Below, piece by piece: positions 58,774 through 64,000 of a stretch of 64,000 nucleotides of DNA. This DNA is from Lacinutrix sp. MedPE-SW (GTDB lineage: Bacteria > Bacteroidota > Bacteroidia > Flavobacteriales > Flavobacteriaceae). The DNA lies in contig NZ_MPCX01000006.1 of assembly GCF_001874145.1 (NCBI RefSeq), forward strand, positions 110,961 to 174,960. Direction: 5' to 3'. A program made the translations under genes and the position numbers. Below the pieces are notes generated by a model. The model saw only the letters and a list, made by a program, of their open reading frames with translations. It made no database searches and was not told the DNA's origin. Within the stretch, counting starts at the first letter, position 1, and each line of letters opens with the position of its first letter.

Positions 58774-60075
58774 ATGGAAACATTACAAAAAGGAAGTAAA
58801 AAACTTCTTAACGCATGGGCGTTTTACGATTGGGCAAACTCAGTATATACTCTTACAATTGCATCTTCAATTTTTCCATTGTTTTATGGAACGTTATTTA
58901 CTTCAGAAAATGAAACTATTTCAGCATTTGGTTTTATTATGAAGCCAACTGTTTTAATTTCTATAATTACAGCATTTACATTTTTGGTAGTTGCATTCAC
59001 ATCTCCAATTTTATCTGGTATAGCAGATTATGTAGGAAACAAAAAGAATTTCATGAAGTTCTTTTGCTACATTGGTAGTTTAGGTTGTATAGGTTTATTT
59101 TGGTTTTCTAAAGAGCGAATACACTTAAGTCTTTTGTTTTATTTTATGGGACTTATTGGTTATTGGGGAAGTCTAGTATTTTATAATTCTTATTTGCCAG
59201 ATATAGCATTCGATGAGCAACAAGATAGTATTAGTGCAAAAGGATTCTCTTTAGGTTATATAGGTAGTGTAATTTTACTAGTTATAAACCTAGGTATGGT
59301 AATGAGTCAAGACACTGGAGCAGAGAAAGTAGAGATGATGAGGTATGCTTTTGTAACCGTAGGTTTATGGTGGTTAATATTCAGTCAGTATACATTTTAT
59401 ATATTACCAAAAGGTGTTTCTAACGGTCATAAAGTAACCAAAGCAGTTATATTTAACGGTTTTAAAGAGTTAAAAATGGTTTGGGCTCAACTAAAACAAA
59501 ACTTAAGATTAAAACGTTACCTGTATGCATTCTTTGTATTTAGTATGGCTGTTCAAACCATTATGCTAATGGCAGTATACTTTGGAGAAAAGGAAATCTC
59601 TTGGATAGATAACGATCAAAAAACACAAGGCTTAATTGTAAGCATATTAGTTATACAAATTGTAGCAATAATTGGTGCTATACTTACTTCGAAAGCTTCG
59701 GCTAAATTTGGAAATATAAAAACACTAATAATAGTAAATGCTATATGGATGTTACTATGTTTTTATGCTTACTTTATGGTAACACCAGTTCAATTTTATG
59801 TAGCAGCAGGATTTGTTGGTTTAGTTATGGGTGGTGTACAATCTTTAGCACGATCAACTTATTCAAAGTTTTTACCTGAAAACACAGAAGACACAACATC
59901 GTATTTTAGCTTTTTTGATGTAGCCGAAAAAATAGGCATTGTTATAGGTATGACTATTTTTGCGGTTGTAGATCAAATAAGTACAATGCGCTACGCAATA
60001 TTATTTTTATTCGTATTTTTCCTTTTCGGAATAATATTATTATTTAGAGTACCCAAACAATCAACAGCAAATTAA
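58774..60075 (+). CDS. MFS transporter (UMF1/Atg22-like)
   Basis: ~12 TM segments. ATG at 58774 preferred, because the ORF-track GTG at 58759 lies inside the upstream terminator hairpin. Confidence 0.7.
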   Translation: METLQKGSKKLLNAWAFYDWANSVYTLTIASSIFPLFYGTLFTSENETISAFGFIMKPTVLISIITAFTFLVVAFTSPILSGIADYVGNKKNFMKFFCYIGSLGCIGLFWFSKERIHLSLLFYFMGLIGYWGSLVFYNSYLPDIAFDEQQDSISAKGFSLGYIGSVILLVINLGMVMSQDTGAEKVEMMRYAFVTVGLWWLIFSQYTFYILPKGVSNGHKVTKAVIFNGFKELKMVWAQLKQNLRLKRYLYAFFVFSMAVQTIMLMAVYFGEKEISWIDNDQKTQGLIVSILVIQIVAIIGAILTSKASAKFGNIKTLIIVNAIWMLLCFYAYFMVTPVQFYVAAGFVGLVMGGVQSLARSTYSKFLPENTEDTTSYFSFFDVAEKIGIVIGMTIFAVVDQISTMRYAILFLFVFFLFGIILLFRVPKQSTAN

Positions 60076-60111
60076 AGTTAAATTTATTATGTTTGCTTAA
60101 ATTACTTAATT

Positions 60112-61263
60112 ATGAAAAATTTAAAAACATTTCTTTTACTATTATTAATTTCATTAGTCTTTACAGCTTGTGACAACGAACCACTTGAAGGTTTTGAAGA
60201 AAATGGAAACAATCCTTTTGGAAACAGTTTAGTTGGTACTTGGGCATTAGTTGAATTTAATACTACAGTTTCATCTTCTTCAACTGTTGGAGGTATTCCT
60301 TTTGAGTCTAGTACTGTAATAGAAGGTAATAACCCAGATTATAACTTAACATTTACATCTGATGCTTTTTTTACAAGCGGAAATTATGGTTATACCGCAA
60401 CGACTACGATAAATGGAGTGTCAAATACACAAGAAATATTTTTAGAAAACGTAAATGGTGTTGGCACGTATACTGCAACAGATACTGAAATTACAATAGA
60501 TGGTTCTTTCTTTTCTTTAGAATTTGACGGAATGGATTTATCTGAATTTGGAGAAGAACAAGTTATAGCTTACGTAATTTCTAACAACGGACAAACATTA
60601 ACTTTCGACCAAAATACAACAGAAACAACGGCTTTTGGTGGTGAAACAGTTGTATTAACAGCAACAGGAACTTCGGTTTGGACTAAAGTAGAAACTATAG
60701 ACACTTCTTGTGAAGACGCTTCAAGTTTTGTTGATGATGCAGAAAGTGCATATAATAACAATCCAGATAGTATAAACTTATGTAATTCATATAGATCTGC
60801 TTTAGAAGAACTAATAGACTCTTGTGGAGATCCTAGTGGAGAAATACAAGCTGTAATAGATAGTTTAAATAACTGTGAAGAAGACGATACACAGCCAGTA
60901 CCAGAAGTAGAAATTAGCCTAACTGCAGGAACGTTACCAATAGAGTTTGACTTAGTTGAAGTTGTAACGGTTGGTAATACATTACAAATAACAGGTGAAA
61001 CCTCTGCTGCTAACAATTATTCAATTTATTTTGAAGTTGAAGAAGGCGCAACAGGAGTAGACATAATTAATGAGACTTTTGTTTTAACTTTATCAACTAC
61101 AGACCCAGATTATTTTCCTTCTACGCAAGGTTTTGATGATTTTACCTCGACAATCACAGAGAATGGAACAGGTACTCTTGTAGGTTCGTTTGGAGGTGTT
61201 GTAACAAACTCTAGTGGTGGTGATTTAAGCTTAAGTCAAGGCACAATAAGTATTTCATACTAA
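60112..61263 (+). CDS. lipoprotein, unknown function
   Basis: Lipobox LVFTAC; Thr/Ser/Gly-rich beta-type sequence. Confidence 0.5.
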   Translation: MKNLKTFLLLLLISLVFTACDNEPLEGFEENGNNPFGNSLVGTWALVEFNTTVSSSSTVGGIPFESSTVIEGNNPDYNLTFTSDAFFTSGNYGYTATTTINGVSNTQEIFLENVNGVGTYTATDTEITIDGSFFSLEFDGMDLSEFGEEQVIAYVISNNGQTLTFDQNTTETTAFGGETVVLTATGTSVWTKVETIDTSCEDASSFVDDAESAYNNNPDSINLCNSYRSALEELIDSCGDPSGEIQAVIDSLNNCEEDDTQPVPEVEISLTAGTLPIEFDLVEVVTVGNTLQITGETSAANNYSIYFEVEEGATGVDIINETFVLTLSTTDPDYFPSTQGFDDFTSTITENGTGTLVGSFGGVVTNSSGGDLSLSQGTISISY

Positions 61264-61287
61264 AAACAAAATACAGTAATAAAAAAA

Positions 61288-61317
61288 AGCCGCTTTTCTA
61301 AATTTAGAAAAGCGGCT
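61288..61317. terminator. bidirectional terminator
   Basis: 15-bp palindromic stem AGCCGCTTTTCTAAA / TTTAGAAAAGCGGCT flanked by A8 and T6. Confidence 0.8.
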
Positions 61318-61336
61318 TTTTTAGTTTTGCTAACTG

Positions 61337-62068
61337 CTAATTACCAATACTTCCAGAACCAGTTACTTTAGTGTCTTCTTTTCTTGGGTTACCTTTATAT
61401 TCAATATCTCCAGAGCCTGTAACGCGCCCTTTTAAGTTGCCATTACAAATAATCTCTATATCTCCAGATCCTGTTACTTTTGCTTCAACATCATTAGCTT
61501 CTAAATTAAAACCATGAAAATCTCCAGATCCTGTAACGCTAGCTTTTAAATTATCTGTACTACCTATTAAAGTTAGGTCTCCAGAACCAGTAATACCAGC
61601 TTCAATGTTTTTTGCATCTACTTCTAAAATAATATCACCAGAACCCGAAACTTTACTTTCAAAATTATTAGTAATTATTTTATCCATATTTTTAACATCT
61701 CCAGATCCAGATAATGTAACTTCGTCTATATCATTAAAAGGGATAGTAATTTTAATTGTTTTATTACGACTTGGACTTAAATTAATGTTGTTTTCAGTTT
61801 TAATTTTAAGTGTATTCCCATTTACTTCTGTTATAATATAATCTAATAGGTTTTCTTCGCCTTCTATAGTAATATTACCTTCTTTCCCTTTTACTAATAT
61901 AAAATCCATCCATCCGGCACATTTTATAATGTCGTAATCTGGAGTAGACCTTTTAATTGTTGTTACATTACCGTTTCCCTTGATTTTTTTACCGTTCCAT
62001 TGTGCGTTTACACATGAGAAACTAAATAATGTTATCGCTAATACTGTAGCTAATTTTAATGTTTTCAT
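61337..62068 (-). CDS. head GIN-domain (DUF2807) beta-helix repeat protein
   Basis: Signal peptide; about seven repeats of the xVTGSGDI motif. Confidence 0.6.
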   Translation of the reverse strand: MKTLKLATVLAITLFSFSCVNAQWNGKKIKGNGNVTTIKRSTPDYDIIKCAGWMDFILVKGKEGNITIEGEENLLDYIITEVNGNTLKIKTENNINLSPSRNKTIKITIPFNDIDEVTLSGSGDVKNMDKIITNNFESKVSGSGDIILEVDAKNIEAGITGSGDLTLIGSTDNLKASVTGSGDFHGFNLEANDVEAKVTGSGDIEIICNGNLKGRVTGSGDIEYKGNPRKEDTKVTGSGSIGN

Positions 62069-62135
62069 AATAGTTGGTTTTGTTGATTGATTTTTTTAAA
62101 GTTCGTTTTTTAATTGATTTAAATTATAATAATGA

Positions 62136-63227
62136 TTAATTTTTGTAAAAAGAAACACTACCGTAGTCGCTATTTATTTTTACAGTGCTTTTAGAGTTTT
62201 CTGTTTTATGATATCCAGAATAATATTTACCAGAAGATTGTTCTCTTTTTTTAATAAATTCAAACGCATCTTCATCTTTTAAAGAGGCATATTCTAAGTC
62301 AATATCAAAATTAAAAGCTAGTAGTGGATCGTAGCCAATTTTAATACCTACGTAGTCGCTATCTATATAAAGATTCTCAAAACTTTTTTGAAGCTTATCT
62401 ACTCTTATAGAACCGTAGTCTGCATTTATAGAGATACTTTTATAAATATCACCTAATCTCAAAGTTAAATAATCGCCATTGCCTTTAACATTGTTTGCTT
62501 TTTCTATGGTGACTCCTCCATAATCACAATTGTAAGATATATTTTCTGCAATTTCTATTTTAGATTTTGTGTAATCTGCATTAATGTCTAGGTTTTCGGT
62601 TTTAGAAACAGTAAAACCACTATAGTCTGCATCAATTTTTCCGCTCTTTATATATTCAAAATAGCAGTTGTTAGAATAGTCAAAAGAGATTTCGTTGTTA
62701 TCTGCTAATAATTCTTTCGTAGTAATTTTTCCATAGTCGCAGTCTAATATAGCTTTGCCTTCTAGTGTCGCAAGGTTAATGCTACCATAATCATTACTTA
62801 AATCTACATTTCCAGTTATTGGCATTTTTACTATATAGTTAATTTCCATGTTAACATTACTATTGTTACTAGTCCAGCTGCTCCACCAAGATTTGTTTTT
62901 TTCTTTATTAAAGCGTGTTTTTGCTGAAATATAATCGCCTTCTCCAGAAAAATCTATTGTGATTTCGTTTAATTTTTTAGCAACTTTTTCTTCGTCATTA
63001 CCGCTGGTTATTATTTTAATTTCGAAAACAATTTTATTTTCATTCCAGGTTACAATATCTAAATTACCATAGCTATTATCTACTCTTAAAGTGGCATTTT
63101 TACTTACATTAAACGTTTTGTTTATTGTTTTTTCTTTTTTGTATTTTCCTTTACCATTATTGGCTACCATTACTAATGGCAGAAGCATAAAGAGTAAGAA
63201 AATTTTATAGTGTAATTGTAGTTTCAT
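62136..63227 (-). CDS. DUF4097-like beta-strand repeat protein
   Basis: Signal peptide; repeated xDYGxI/V motifs (NSYGNLDI, NDYGSINL, CDYGKIT, CDYGGVTI, ADYGSIRV, SDYGSVSF). Confidence 0.55.
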   Translation of the reverse strand: MKLQLHYKIFLLFMLLPLVMVANNGKGKYKKEKTINKTFNVSKNATLRVDNSYGNLDIVTWNENKIVFEIKIITSGNDEEKVAKKLNEITIDFSGEGDYISAKTRFNKEKNKSWWSSWTSNNSNVNMEINYIVKMPITGNVDLSNDYGSINLATLEGKAILDCDYGKITTKELLADNNEISFDYSNNCYFEYIKSGKIDADYSGFTVSKTENLDINADYTKSKIEIAENISYNCDYGGVTIEKANNVKGNGDYLTLRLGDIYKSISINADYGSIRVDKLQKSFENLYIDSDYVGIKIGYDPLLAFNFDIDLEYASLKDEDAFEFIKKREQSSGKYYSGYHKTENSKSTVKINSDYGSVSFYKN

Positions 63228-63762
63228 TATTAGTTTGTTTTAAGTTTTTTGTTTCTTCTATATTCTCTAAAACCGATTTTAGCAAATCAACCCTATTCAT
63301 AAAGTTGTTAATCATGGCATGAATTACGCGCTTATCATTACCACTATCTGTTAAGTCAATTTTTAGTTGTTTGTATTCTTTTTCTAAAAGTTCTAATTGT
63401 ATTAAGGCATCTTTTATTAATAATTCGGTTTCTGATGTGCGTTTAGTTTTTATTTTTTCTAATTCTTGATTTATAACCGATGTGAAAAAGCTTTGTGTTT
63501 GCGCCATTTCTGGAGATACACTTGCTAAATCTTTAGTTTCGGTATTAGTATTAAAATTAAATACTAGAGTTACAATTAATAGTATTGAGGCTGCAACACC
63601 TAATAAAGGTTTCCAAATACTAGTTTTACTTGTAATACTTTTTGTATTGTTTTGTGCTTCTAATTTGTTTAGAAAATTAGCCTTGTGATTAAGACTTGGT
63701 GTTTCAAAATCAAAATCGTCTTGAAGCTTTTTAAATACCTTATCTATATTATCTTTTTTCAT
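63205..63762 (-). CDS. single-pass membrane protein, candidate anti-sigma factor
   Basis: Lies immediately downstream of an ECF sigma gene, with one central TM helix (WKPLLGVAASILLIVTLVF); assigned by position only. Confidence 0.4.
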   Translation of the reverse strand: MKKDNIDKVFKKLQDDFDFETPSLNHKANFLNKLEAQNNTKSITSKTSIWKPLLGVAASILLIVTLVFNFNTNTETKDLASVSPEMAQTQSFFTSVINQELEKIKTKRTSETELLIKDALIQLELLEKEYKQLKIDLTDSGNDKRVIHAMINNFMNRVDLLKSVLENIEETKNLKQTNNETTITL

Positions 63763-63800
63763 ATTTAATTTTTCCGCGAAAGCGTTATTATTTTAATGTT

Positions 63801-64000
63801 TTAGCTTACTACTGCAAGCATTTTATGTCTTAAACTTTCTTTTGCTCTAGAGATCATTGTGCGACAATTAGCATTAGAGATATTCATAATTTCACTTATT
63901 TCTTCATAATCATAACCTTCTATTAAATGCAATGTGAGAGATACTCTATAATTGTCTTTTAAAAGCGACATACTTTCTATTACTTGTTTTGCTTTTATGC
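63801..64000 (-). CDS. ECF (sigma-70 family) sigma factor, C-terminal fragment running off the window
   Basis: Own translation: ...LLKDNYRVSLTLHLIEGYDYEEISEIMNISNANCRTMISRAKESLRHKMLAVVS*, a region 4.2 helix-turn-helix. Not in the ORF track because it is truncated by the window edge. Confidence 0.7.
   Translation of the reverse strand, partial: IKAKQVIESMSLLKDNYRVSLTLHLIEGYDYEEISEIMNISNANCRTMISRAKESLRHKMLAVVS

Noticed and set aside
60570-61016. 148-aa ORF antisense to the 383-aa lipoprotein gene
   Set aside because: Ser/Val/Thr-rich mirror of the Thr/Ser/Glu-rich sense protein. It has no signal peptide or motif, whereas the sense ORF has a clean lipobox, promoter-side gap and terminator.

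Overview
AT-rich chromosomal segment (about one-third G+C by eye), most consistent with a marine Flavobacteriaceae (Bacteroidota). Supporting signs are a T9SS C-terminal sorting-domain protein, CarboxypepD_reg-type TonB-dependent receptors, a Lacal_2735-family small protein, CCC-motif, DUF2752 and DUF4097 proteins, and TTTG-N19-TAnnTTTG promoters. Most of the window is ordinary core genome: rlmD, rocD, a NifS-like cysteine desulfurase, zapA, rny, xerD, aroQ, lpdA, ndh, tandem msrB, glgA-glgC-glgB plus a GH31 glucosidase, an ACR3 arsenite pump, TonB-dependent receptors and peptidases. No rRNA, tRNA or CRISPR array was seen. The outlier is 30.3-35.1 kb. A short tyrosine recombinase (34219..35058, +) is transcribed divergently from at least four compact one-gene units on the minus strand. 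The units are separated by a conserved ~134-nt repeat. Each unit carries the same unit-specific bases next to an invariant CAAC/GTTG core at both of its ends, which is the footprint expected of circular integron-type cassettes. The recombinase resembles IntI from memory but lacks the IntI-specific insertion, so this is a candidate non-canonical (Xer-length) integron-like platform. Its first cassette encodes a 474-aa protein with a D...E-x-K nuclease-like core, a candidate defence or toxin gene. A second notable item is a ~200-nt rod-like structured RNA between zapA and rny, a 6S-like candidate. All family assignments are from motif recognition by eye and memory; no searches were run.
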